The translations under genes were made by a program, and so were the position numbers. This document shows positions 11,101-23,000 of a DNA stretch of 64,000 nt, one piece after another. Source of the stretch: Balanoglossus misakiensis (lineage: Eukaryota; Animalia; Hemichordata); contig CM082592.2 of the NCBI GenBank assembly GCA_040954595.2, forward strand, positions 11,441,912-11,505,911, written 5' to 3'. Under the pieces are notes generated by a model. The model made no database searches. It was not told the origin of the DNA and was given only the letters and a program-made list of their open reading frames with translations. Within the stretch, counting starts at the first letter, position 1, and each line of letters opens with the position of its first letter.

Positions 11101-14100
11101 AGTAACATAAACTTGATCATTTATTTATTTAACATGAGACTTTTCTTTTCATTCCAGTGTATCAACTATAGCAGTCTCCACTAGCAAAATAAAACAAAAT
11201 TCTGGCACCCTAATGAAACATTCAGTATTTTGACTCCCTATGATTAAACAACGAAACAATGCCCACTCCTTTGGTCAAAACATAGATTCCTAAAATCCAC
11301 AGCTGAAGTAAACAGTCTAAACTGACACATATTTATGCTAAATTTTATCCTGTTTCTATTTAAATCACGTAGATTTCCAGACGAGGGTTACATGGTTACG
11401 TAAACTCTGATAGTTTGGGAAACAAAAACTCCACATAAGTTCTTCCAATCTTAACAACAAGTCTGGAAAGTGAATCCCAATTCTCAATTCCACAAACACA
11501 GCCCAAGAAAACATGGTTTGTTAAAAAGTTTCCTACCTTGAGTTTAGGCATTCCTGCTCCAAGTCCCGGCAGCAGGAAGGGGCTGGGCATTGCTCCAGGT
11601 GGTAATTTCCTTCCTGAAGGTGAAATCACTTTTTCTTCAATTTCCTTTTCTTCATCCTTCTTCTCCTCATCTTCCATCTTGGAAAAGCTCACAAGTTTCG
11701 GTTCTGGAATGAAGGAGAGGAAATGGGAGAAACATTAGTCAGGGAATCACAACATTGGTAGTCAACCATAATGGATTAATACACATGTACATGTCCTGGA
11801 TGTAAACATATGATTTCATTTATTTTTGAAGACGAATAAATACCTGTTGAATCTCTGAAAATTTCATCTGAGAGTAGCCCATCTGCCTCCTTATCACTGG
11901 TGAACATGCTAGAGGGCCTTGTTGGTTTTCTTCTCTGTTTTAGGGCGCCTGTTTTACCCAACCTGGCTTTAGACTTCACTATTCCAAAATCAAGTGTGTT
12001 GGATCTCTGCAAAAGAAAATAGAAACTTGAATTTTAAAATACATGTACCACATACTTTCTGTGACCAATGAATACATAAAGTCTCTAGCAAATGAAACAC
12101 GAGAAGACACATCTTGACTAACACCAATCTTGTGATTGAGATTAACAAGAAAGATTTCAAATGCATGGCCATGTAAACACCTGCAACAGTACCTTTATAA
12201 CAGAGAAATCCATGGTTATTTCAACAGCAGGAGTTTTCACTCCGTCTACTTCATCAGTAATCATCTTCTCTTCTTCTCCACCATTTTCAACATCTCCACT
12301 GTTGTGTCTCACTCTTTTCTCTGGCGATGCTTCATCTTCTGACTCGCTGCTTGAAGACGGTGATTCCTGAAAGAAGTGAACAGGGATATTACTGACGAGG
12401 CTCTAGTTTGCAGCTTATAACATCTTCCCTCTTGCTGTGCCACAGATTTTAATCAGCTTTGAATGAGTGCTATTTTAAATTCATATTTGGACTTTGTCAA
12501 CACACATGTATTCCATGTAATGTGACACGCATTGCTAAGCTGCCACTTTAAAAGTGAATTTCTTAGCTATTTTTGTGCATGCAGTGATGCAGAAAACTTT
12601 ATAGCCACATAATTCACCTATATGTATATGCTTTATTTACATGTATACATAGGTATATGTATACATATGCAGACAAAATTATGTATAACACATGTACATG
12701 TACATATAAATTCACAGCACACTCATGGAAGACAATGCAATGCACTCTTATTTGTTCTACCATCTGCACGTAACAATGATGCTACAGTTTGAGATATAAG
12801 CATGGTTCATGGAGACTTGTAGCATTGCCTCCCTTCTGGTCACATCTTTCCCCTCATTTGACATGATACAGTCCTGCATGGCAGTGAACACAAACTCTCA
12901 GTTGAGAAACAGCGTGAAAACAACAAGGCTGTATGTAATAAAGTGTGTCATGTTGAACCAGCTGTTAAGCATCAAGCATGTCAGAAATAATACCCTCACC
13001 TTGAGGTTATCATAGATTGGAAACCACAGATAAGAAACAGCGCTTGAAGTTATAGGTACAGTTTGTAATTACCAGGATATACACAAAAATACAGAACTGA
13101 AGAATGTAGTATTCAGGTATAAGATCTGAAGTCATAACCAAAGGCTATAAACTAACAAAGATACAATCTATACTCTTCACGTGAAGATCTTTGCTTGAGA
13201 ATAGTGCACTTGAGTAAAAGTGTGAGCAAAATTTTGCAGGTGCACATTACATTAACAGGATAATTGTGTTATGTTCTACCAATACACTGCAAGAGCTGCA
13301 AATAGCTGTAGACGGTTTGCTGGCCGGGCATCTTATGAGTATTTACTTTTAATGTGCAAAGGCTTCTTTTATGTTTACACAGCATTTGGCTTCGGATTTC
13401 CTGTGCACTTGCGGTCGTATTTCACCATGTTCTGGTGGTTTTACCTTGAGTTCAGTTGGCATATAGTCAGGCCCCATCCACATCTTTCCAACCTCATCTA
13501 ACTCTCCCATGAATTCAGCAAAGATGTCTGCTCCACTGGCAGATAGTGAATCTGCTTCGCGTCTTTCCACGCTATAGAACCCCGTTCTTTTTGCTTTTGT
13601 CTCCCGTGAAGTTGATGGCTAAAGGGGGAAGAATGTTAAGTTGTTTGATGCAGTTCAGAAAGTCAGTTCCGATCCTGATCGCTTCTGTGTGAAATATTGA
13701 TACCACATCATGTCATAGCAACTTGTAATGACATGAAACATTGCCACACAATGATCTTGTATTTTCTGAGACTGACCATTGCATAAACTTAAATGCTTGT
13801 CTTTACACAATGACTTCATAATATCAATATACTAATATACCACAACTGTTTTGAAATTGTGTCCAATTCTACACCATGTGTCGAGGTTGAATTTTTACCT
13901 TCTTTTTTCTGGCGGGTGGAATGGGGGGTTGATCTGAGCTGGTGTTGGTGGTGGTTGGTGGGGCAGCCTGTTGATCAGGACCACTACGCCATTTCTGTTC
14001 CACATGTTCGATCTCAGCCAACCAATCCATGCCATCAAATGGATCCGACTTTTTCCCGGAAGTTTCACCAAAGAGAGAATCCACCTCTTTGTTATCTTGT

Positions 14101-17100
14101 CCCAGGGATTTGTTCGATTTCCGTTCTGGTGACTGATTTTTGGAAGGAAAATTCAGTGTCAAATCTCAGAATGAAAATAAAATATCATGCGCTGTCATCA
14201 GCGTTCTGACAGGTGCAACTTGGCGATTGACGACGTCTCACACCAATGACCAGATGGTGCAGATGAATAAGCGCTGTGAAGCACTTTATTTCCAGCCATC
14301 ATGCCAGCACTGAAAGATTCACTCATGTATGCATTTACAGCTGAGTGACATAGCAGCATTCTTTGAGAATGAATTACCCCATCAGGCAGTCAATTGTTCC
14401 ATGTTGCCAAAGCCACCACAGACGGACAGGATCCCATACATGGAAGTGCATGAAAGTAACAAAATGCAGCAAAGCTTATTTGCAATAGAATCATTTGAAT
14501 ACAGAGGAAGATGTCCCTTCAACCTTGCCACCCTTTTCCCCTGTGTATGAACGTGTACTCTTTGTAAACCAGATGGTGAAAGGTTGAATATCTGGATATG
14601 TGCCTGTTGTATTTGAAATCAATATAACTCAGCAGGCAGCAGAAGAATAAAGGTCATGTACATGTACCCCTAACAGCTAAACATACCTATACCAAAACAA
14701 ACTACAGAACAATGCAACTTGCTATTGCCACTGACGCCTGTCTTAATATTATCATTGAAATCCAAATGTTATTCCATGGATTAATTCGGAAGTACATGTC
14801 CTTCATGCCTGGATGAAACTGTATTCACGTCTCGATGGACACTGAGTACTGCCCTGCAGGCATGTAACTGAGATGAGAAGTCAATCACCTCATGCTGAAC
14901 TGAAAATCATTTATACACCCTGTGTTAGCCTGCTCTGGTTATCCTGATAAGTCAATCAGCCCTGACGGGTGTGTACACGGCTGAATTACACCCTCACTTG
15001 TTTCGACTCGTGGGATTACACAGAGAGTCTGAGTGTTGAAGTTTACTGTTTGTATCTAGGTACATGCTGTAACTAAGGGCCACCTATCATCGGCACTTAG
15101 CGACTGATCCTGTAGAAATGGCAAGATCACTTGGTAAATGTGTTTTACCTTCTTTTTTGTTGAAAATAAATCATCTGACGATGATGATGCAAATGGATCT
15201 GTTGAAGCAAATGGGTCTGTCTTGCCATCGGATGATCCAAAGACATCTCCTCCTCCTCCGCCCGTCCACATCTTTTCAATATTTTGTATTTCTCCCATGA
15301 AGTCCATCTCATCAAATGGATCCCTGGATCTTGGACCTTTCTTTGGTGCAGCTCTGGTGACAGGCTTGGCTTCCTTTGCATCCTGGAAATTATCAAAGGC
15401 AACCCATTTGTTTGGTGGTGGTGGTGCCGCTGTGGGCCTGGTAGCACTGGCTTTCTGAGGAGGCGCATGTGTCACTAAATTGCTTCTACTGGTGTCACTT
15501 TGAAACACTGGGTCAAAGTCCATGAGGAGATCGATTGGCGGATCTTGTTTTCCGGAAGCGCTCTTTTGATGCAGTGGTGCCTGTTTTTCCACTGGTGAAT
15601 AGTCCGAGGAAATTCTTGTGCCTCGAATGACTGCTATGTATTCATCCTATGATTTGGGATGTTGCATGTTGGAGGGGGAGGGGGAGGAGGGAGGATTGAC
15701 GGAAGGTTGTTGGCATGGAATATGGTGTGTGTGTACAGCCATGTGAAAAGGTTCGCACAGAGTGATTTCAAGGCAGTTACACATGTTAATCCATGATAAA
15801 AGACAACCCAAGCAACATTCAGATCAGCAGATGGTTGCAAATGTTGGGGTTTTCAGTCATATTAAAAGTACAAGATACAAGACATTGACAATGTTATTCA
15901 GTGAGATGTAACATTTATTGATAATTCAGTTAATGTCATCATGATTGATATGCAATCAGACAAATGGATTAGTGACAAGAGTGTGTATGAAAAGAGGAAC
16001 AAAGGAGAAAAAAAGAAGAAAGACTTAAATTAAATAATTTAACAAGTAGAGAAATTCAAAATAACAGAAAAAGACAGCGCCCACCGCCATTTCATTCCAA
16101 GAAGAAGTAATCAACATTTGTATTTATGGGTGGGGGTTATTTGAAGAATGCCAAATACAGAAACTGTTGAGTGTTTTAAAGTCAAACAGTCTGTTGCTGG
16201 GGAGTATTTATATAATTTTTAAGTACTACCTTTGTGACAAAGTTTGGTATGTCTCTTGTACTGACAACTATTCTTTCTTCATTCTGACAGATGGTCTAAT
16301 CATTTCTGGTATCTGTATAAAACACCCTCCCTTACCACTGTACAACACCTGAACAGGTTTCAGTTGGTTTTATAGCTTGACCTGTTTCAACTATGAAGCT
16401 TTTGTAAGCATATTACGAAGTTAACCTGTGACCTATATGTCTATCTGACATTCTCGTAATAGTGTTATCAGAGATGAATGGGCCTACTTGAGTCATGTGG
16501 TACCCTGGAGTTCAAATTTCAAGTTTCTTGAAGTGTGTGTTCCCTTTAACAACACAATGACAAAATTTCTGTGGGATGTTTTAGCACTACACATTATTTC
16601 AGTATCCAGTTGACAACCACACAACTGCAAATACTATTAATTGTTTGATTAAATGTGCTGGGTACCTGCACATCCGTAAATCAAAGTTCGGTATTTTTTA
16701 AACTATAGGGAGAAGCAGAACAATACAAATGCTGACCTTCAGTTATATAACCTCAATGTAATTGGTAAATATAAATCAGACTTCAAAAGGAACTACACAT
16801 ATTTGACACTCCCTAAGGCAAGCTTGTGGCATTTTAGGAAACACTCTTGAAAGCGATTAGTTGCATTTTGTTGGCATAGCTTGTCTCCTACCTAACAGCT
16901 GAGATCATTTCAATATCAGTTTGGCTCATTTTGTTGTTTAATTTATTTGCTGCATGGCAGATCCTTTTCATTTACAATTAAAAGTTAACAAACCTGAAAT
17001 ACGAATGTTTTTAATGTTTATTTGAACCAATTTAACTCTGAAGTTAAGAATAAAATAAATATTGAATTTAGAGAAAGAAAAATTGTATGTACCAGAGAAG

Positions 17101-18841
17101 GATCCTGCAAAGCACTGGAGGTTTTCTCATTGATAACATTATGTAAGATATGCTGTGATGAAGGTCTTGTCATTGGGCTAATATACTGTATGAAAGAATA
17201 CAGTGGAGAAAAGTTAATTGTATGATTGTTAACTATTATTAACAAACAGAAAACAATAGATAAAATACAAGAAAGGTGAATGAGTAAAAAAGAAATAAAG
17301 AATAGTGGTGCAGATAAAGATATGCCAACTTGATCCATGTCTGGTGAAGAACATCTGGTCTTTTTCTCTTTGGTGGGATTTGTGGATTCAACTTAGAGTA
17401 GTACAGGGGGTAGCTTGCTATAGAAATTAACCTAACTTTCTAAATCCGATGTGTTTTATTTCTAGTATGTACTGTATGCAATTTTGGCTGTGAAAGACCA
17501 GTGAACACAGCCGGTACACGTTGGTTCTGGTAAAGTGTGTGGGTGGATGGCTTATCCTGACAAACCCTTCAAAATCCACACCAGTAATCTCTTAAGTCAT
17601 GGGTATATGATACATCACACACTTAACCCCTTCACAGCCATGCTTTTGGGATAACCCTTTTTGTTTTGACTTGTCATTCTGCACCCATATACAGGAAACA
17701 GGGGTGAATGGGTTATCATAACACTAGTACAATAGGTGGGTGGGGTTTGTGTGTTATTTGGGACCAGCTTTGGCCACACCAGTGAAATTATAACAATGCT
17801 ATCATGAAGAAAAATGTACATGGCCTGGGCTTCACAGCTGATTTACAATGTACGTTTGTGCTATGAATAGAATACCCTTTGGATAGACACATAAATCAGG
17901 TGTAATAATCAACTAAGGAAGCATTGATAAAATACCATTAGCGATATCATATCCTGTGTGTATTTAGTACATATTACATGAATTACTGAAATTCCATTAA
18001 TTTTACATTTTGACAGGGAAATAGGTCATCTTTGCATTGCTTGGGACAGTTGTGTGGATATATTGAGAATAATTCAAGAGTAGAATATATGCATATTTTA
18101 TCCACTGGAACATGATATTGATACACAAGTAATCATTTCAGACTTATTATACATGTATTGAATTTAGAAAATTATGTTGAATTAATATTACCATTACCAT
18201 TTATGACCTGGGTAGATGCTGCTCTTAATTTTGGCATTTATTACATTTACACTGAGTGATAGGAAATTCTTGCATGTTTTATGACAGAGGTCATGACCTC
18301 TACATAAAGTAGCCAAAGGCTAGGCTACATACAGAACATGCATGATGCATTTCTGTAGTGATTGATGATTAATTAAACAGAAATAAAATTACATGTCTGA
18401 CAACTCTCGTCTGTCGAAAACCTACCTGACTGTTCAGTTATTGTGTCCCTATGAAATTGACATATCAGCAAATATATTTACATCTACATATACTGCATAA
18501 CGTAAAATCCACAAATTCAATAAATACATAAGTATAAATAGATAAGATAAGGTAAGAAGTTGTATATTGAAATTAAGTTTGCAAGCTGTGATTATACAAT
18601 ATTGTTGACACAAATAATGACATCGTCATGGAAACAAGCACATATCAGTTCAATATCTTTAAATGTCATAACTCATGGCACCCAAGGCAGAGCTATGACA
18701 GAAAAGATAATTTTAATCTTTTACCTTTGCTCGTTCCTGTAACTGACTTGCTAGGTCATTTTTGTGTTTGTTTGCTTCTTGTTTCTCAGCCGTACTGCCA
18801 TACTTGTTCAAGACATCATTGAAATTCACGTCATCAGCCAT
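5187..18841 (-). CDS. TNKS1BP1: TNKS1BP1/KIAA1671-family protein (Tankyrase_bdg_C-like domain), actin/capping-protein-associated disordered scaffold, about 1350 aa
   Basis: Phase-consistent GT-AG exons: 18841-18725 (MADDVNFNDVL...), 15646-15149, 14132-13899, 13618-13445, 12366-12193, 12006-11844, 11703-11537, 9831-9652, 9497-8178, 8065-7803, 7677-7565, 7438-7188, 7016-6824, 5926-5831. Tentative further exons: 5414-5391 and 5284-5187. The spliced segment MDFSVIK|RSNTLDFGIVKSKARLGK...RRKP...IFRDST|EP...LPGLG matches the remembered DFSFI..T.ILDS....RA.LG.K...RAP...FQDSTEP signature of TNKS1BP1/KIAA1671. The 3' end is uncertain; without the 6824 donor the ORF stops at 6816. Confidence 0.72.
5751..5776 (+). 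repeat. (AATC)n tetranucleotide microsatellite
   Basis: aatcaatcaatcaatcaatcaatcaa read directly. Confidence 0.9.
5968..5982 (+). repeat. (CA)n microsatellite
   Basis: acacacacacacac read directly. Confidence 0.8.
8178..9497 (-). CDS. Large 440-codon Glu/Lys-rich low-complexity exon of the TNKS1BP1/KIAA1671-like gene
   Basis: Acceptor tttcag|AAACCC at 9497, donor GCCAAG|gtaaat at 8178, phase 0 at both ends. Corresponds to ORF 8124..9452(-). Confidence 0.85.
17623..17716. mobile_element. Putative piggyBac-type MITE (~90 bp) in an intron
   Basis: Left end TTAA-CCCCTTCAC and right end GTGAATGGG-TTAT. These are imperfect terminal inverted repeats beginning CCC, flanked by a TTAA and a degenerate TTAA target site. 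Confidence 0.4.
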
Positions 18842-19620
18842 ACTGGTAGTTGACAATCACATACTGTGTGGGGACAAGCAGACATTGAAATGATCATAAT
18901 CAAATTGTTCCTTTTGAATATAAACACAACCATAAAATGGAAGGCTCTTGAATATTTCAACTTTTATGGTTAATTTTAACATCATGGCATCATGTTCATA
19001 AAATTCCAGAGTCCTGGCTGAAACAAATAATTTCACTTCCTTGTCACATAAATCTTATCCAAAAAAGGAAATCGCTAGCTTCATTCATTTTTACTCTACT
19101 TCACAAAAAAAACTGAACATTCTGCACATGATTAATATGAATTTACACGATGGAGAAAAGCAGGTTACAACAAATTAAATCTGCATCTATTTTTTCCAAG
19201 GCAATTCTTGGGCTATCTCGACAATGAGGGACTTCCGGTAAACTATGTTCATCCGTTGTGTGTCTCATTTGGAGTCATACGTGTGTTACCACGGACTATC
19301 ACTGTTTACGATATCCGCCCCCTTGTCCTGTGTTACAATCACTGGACTGGTATCAATGCAATGCCTGGTGATCACGATGCCAGATTTTGTTTTCTCTTTC
19401 AAAAATCGCTAAACAGGGTTTTACTTTAAAAGACACCACTTTCCATCAACCAGCTGACACTATGACACACACACGGCTGACTGAATGCTGAAAGTTACAA
19501 CCCCATTGATAGATAGATCACCATTCAATGACATCATTCACACTGTGACCGTTACGAACAAACCGACAAAGTACAAGTTTACAAAGTGACGACTACGTGC
19601 GAATGGACATCATTTATCAC

Positions 19621-20020
19621 CTACCGATACCTGCGTAGTTTGAAACAGTGAAAAATCAAAAAAGGATCAACACCACTGGTTTTGTCACCACACAAACTGC
19701 TCACGAAACCCGGCACACAAGGGTGTCACCCGAAAATCGTGACCTCTCTCGACAGAAAACAGTCGAGTGTAAACAGTGGAGTGTACGTTCGTTCGGTAGC
19801 ACGAATTTTATACATTGTAACATTCAGCGTTAAAGTTTCTGAAAGCTACTACACAAAGTTCAACATACCGGAATTATTAAGTACAAATAGTTGTCTAACC
19901 CCAAGGAGCGTCCAATGTTGTTTACTTCAGGAACGGCGACTATCAGCTGCAGATGGCAGCCATGTTGATGGAAAAGTATCGCATCACGTGATATACAATA
20001 ACAACGTAGGTGGCGCAATT
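19621..20020 (-). promoter_or_regulatory. Probable non-coding first exon and promoter of the TNKS1BP1/KIAA1671-like gene
   Basis: Donor TAG|gtgata at 19621/19620 upstream of the ATG exon. CpG-rich segment with a TCACGTGA E-box at 19984-19991 and CTCF-like motifs at 19947-19960 and 20004-20016. Confidence 0.4.
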
Positions 20021-23000
20021 TCGAGCCTGACAAGTACATGTAGAACACTTGCGAACGGTGTGTTTTGTTTTCTAGGGTCTTTACAACAAAAGTAGGCTCC
20101 TTGTTGTTTTAAAGTTTTAACCTACACCTGCAATATCGCCTGAGGCTTTAACCACACACCTGTGTTATCGTCTTGTGCTGTCTTATTCCTGGCAAAACAC
20201 CAATGTTTAGACAGCGTCTTTTGTGCAGAGTCGGTGATTATGGATAGTGAAATTTGACTTCAAAGATCGAATGGATAAAATAAACCTTCTCTTTCGCGGA
20301 TTAACGGGGGAAAGTGAAAAAACCGAGTCATCTGTGAGTTTTGACCTGAGTCAGGTGACCACAGAACAGAAGAGCGCCATCATGAGTTGAAAACCAAACT
20401 TACTTAATGACAATATGCTGAACCCCTTTTAGTTTGATAGATCCATAAAATATCTGACACAAGTCTGACTCTGCACGATAAACCAAATACTCTTTTGACT
20501 TCCATTAACTGCAAATAGCAATTTGCATTTTACGTCGCCGTATACATGGATACTTTCTCTAGAATTGCTTTGCATGGAATTTTTAATTGCACTGTAAAAC
20601 ATCAAGATACCGAGTCGCGGATTGCCATCATATGTACAGATGATGACTCTATCTCCCGAAGAGATCGCCCCGTTACCATAGTAACATCACAGTAGCATCG
20701 TATAGTCATAATCACAGAAGTTATAACGGATATAATCTGGAGTACACTGTTCGCTAATAATGCCTCACCGGAAAATATTAACTCAAGACTACTTAACGAA
20801 AGTAAACCAAACGTTAGGAAAGTGACATGAGTGTGTGTTCAACAGATGAGGTAGGTTGACTTTGATGGATCACTTCGATTAGATTCGACAAACTTTTACT
20901 CTTAGGAAGGAAAACATCACCTCAAGCGTTTTTAGCAATTTCTAGGATCTTCTTGGCTCCTTGGGAATTGTCGGTCGGCATTGTTAGATTCGGAGAAGCA
21001 CAAAGAGATGACGCCATGTATCTGTCACCTATTTTATCACAGCAGAAATGGGAATAAACATCGGTGACTGTAACAGTTTAGAAATCAAAGACGCCAGTAC
21101 TTATTTTAAATACACGTCAACGCAACTGTCAAGGTCACTTATTACCTTGAAAAAAATTGTATTAATAAGAGTTGTCAGCTACATCATCATCTCAGCAGGA
21201 CACAAGGCAATTAGTGCGCAATATTAATGCATAGAGCCAAGAAAAAAACAGGATAAATGGAAGGCTTTATACAAACAGATTATTTATTTTCAAAGAACGT
21301 CAATTAAAATATGTGTCCATTACGCAACTGTATTCCGCGAAATTTTAGTGTGACGTTTCTTTTATCGCTTGTCAAATTAGCAACAGATGAACAATCTTTA
21401 TCAGAAAAATCGGAATCAAAATGACAGATACAAGAAAAACTTCTGTTGAATGCTATTAACACAAATATGCCCTCACCAAAAGACTAATTGCGTGGAATTG
21501 ACAGAAACAAATATGTGCAGGCGCTGGCGTGCCGATCCGGCGAAATAACGGCTTTTGTACATCTACGTTAGACCTCGTGATATTTGCATAGTTAAATGTT
21601 GCAGTACAAATAACAAGCGGACCAGGGGGTCCATCCAATGCAATAAATAGCCGCGTAACTGACCTCATCGCCAACACAATTTGTGGTCAATTTCAATGAA
21701 TGCAGCAGGTGTGTGTAATTCAGTAGTTCTACATCAAGCGATCTTGATTTGATAAAAACGAGTACCGAAGCAAGAGTGGTTGATTTCTCTGAGGAGAACG
21801 AGTCTCTATCTAGGCTGTGAGTGAGTAAGTACTTTCCTTAGTTTCACTAGTTTTACCAATTGGGGTTATTGTTACAGTATTGTACCTGAAATTTGATTCA
21901 GTTGTTTGAAATCCTAACCAAGGCATGTAGACGTAATTCTGCTCTTATTGTTGGGTTAAAACGGTGTCTAATTAGAGTAGATGAAAAGTGATATCCAGAG
22001 CGAGGAATCACGTAGGCCTGATTAAAAAAATCCAGAAATCAACTTTAGTCATTTCAGTAATACAATCTCTAACTCTAAGCTCTATAAAACAAAAACAGCA
22101 ATCGACAGATAGGTTTATTAAGGATAAGGTCAATGGCCAATACATGTAATATATGCCAGTGTCTGAGAAATCGGTATGCTCGCTCTTGCGACTCATAGGG
22201 TGTTCACAAGGTGAAGGGGGACAGTTTGCTTGAAGCAATCATTATTTTAATTTCCTTCATTGATTACCTTGGCAAAAGGTGTACATCGGTGAAATTCACT
22301 CACTGATAGCAACGGCTGCAGGTGAAGGGTTGTTAAAGTGAATTATTTGACCCTTTTTTCTGGGTGAGTTTTAAGAGATTAAATTTTAATAAAAGACAGA
22401 AGTGAGACAGATTGGCAGTTGTTTCGGATGCAGTACTTGCGGTTAACGCACCGACATCGATTTTTTTTCCCTCCGCTCAGCAAGAGTTTGATCGAAAGAA
22501 TGAGGTTAATGTACAGCTATGGTGGCTCAGTTTCGCGAGTCTTGAAACGTTAATTTAAACACTGAAAGGCAACGTCTGGTGCACAGACACTTCATCTTAT
22601 ATTTAATTGACACTCTTCTGATGGCTTTGTGGCCATCAATGAATACCTGAACAGCAGAAGCAGGGGAGCTCACAGATTTACACCAGATCTCGTCCACTTA
22701 TTTCATGGTGATGCATTGTGAGGTTTCTTGCGAGACTTAAAGGTGATGACAAGTCGACAAGTGTCAAAGGAACATTATGCATCATTAAGATCTTCATTTA
22801 TCCACTGACGTGTTCGAGTAGAAAGGAGAGGTTGGTGTCCGTCTCAGGGCTGGGACAACTTGTTTTATTTCTGAAAATTGCTAGTAGTGCCACGCCTATA
22901 CCTCTTGACGTTTCAAAACATTTTACTTAAATCTTGAAATGTGAGAAAACGAAAACGTTCTCGTTCACCGCAAAACATCATTTGTCGATGGGATGCGCGC

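Noticed and set aside
17330-17420. Possible extra exon (SYPLYYSKLNPQIPPKRKRPDVL) of the TNKS1BP1-like gene
   Set aside because: Its phase is incompatible with the flanking phase-0 exons and its donor is weak. Exon 18725 joins 15646 cleanly without it.
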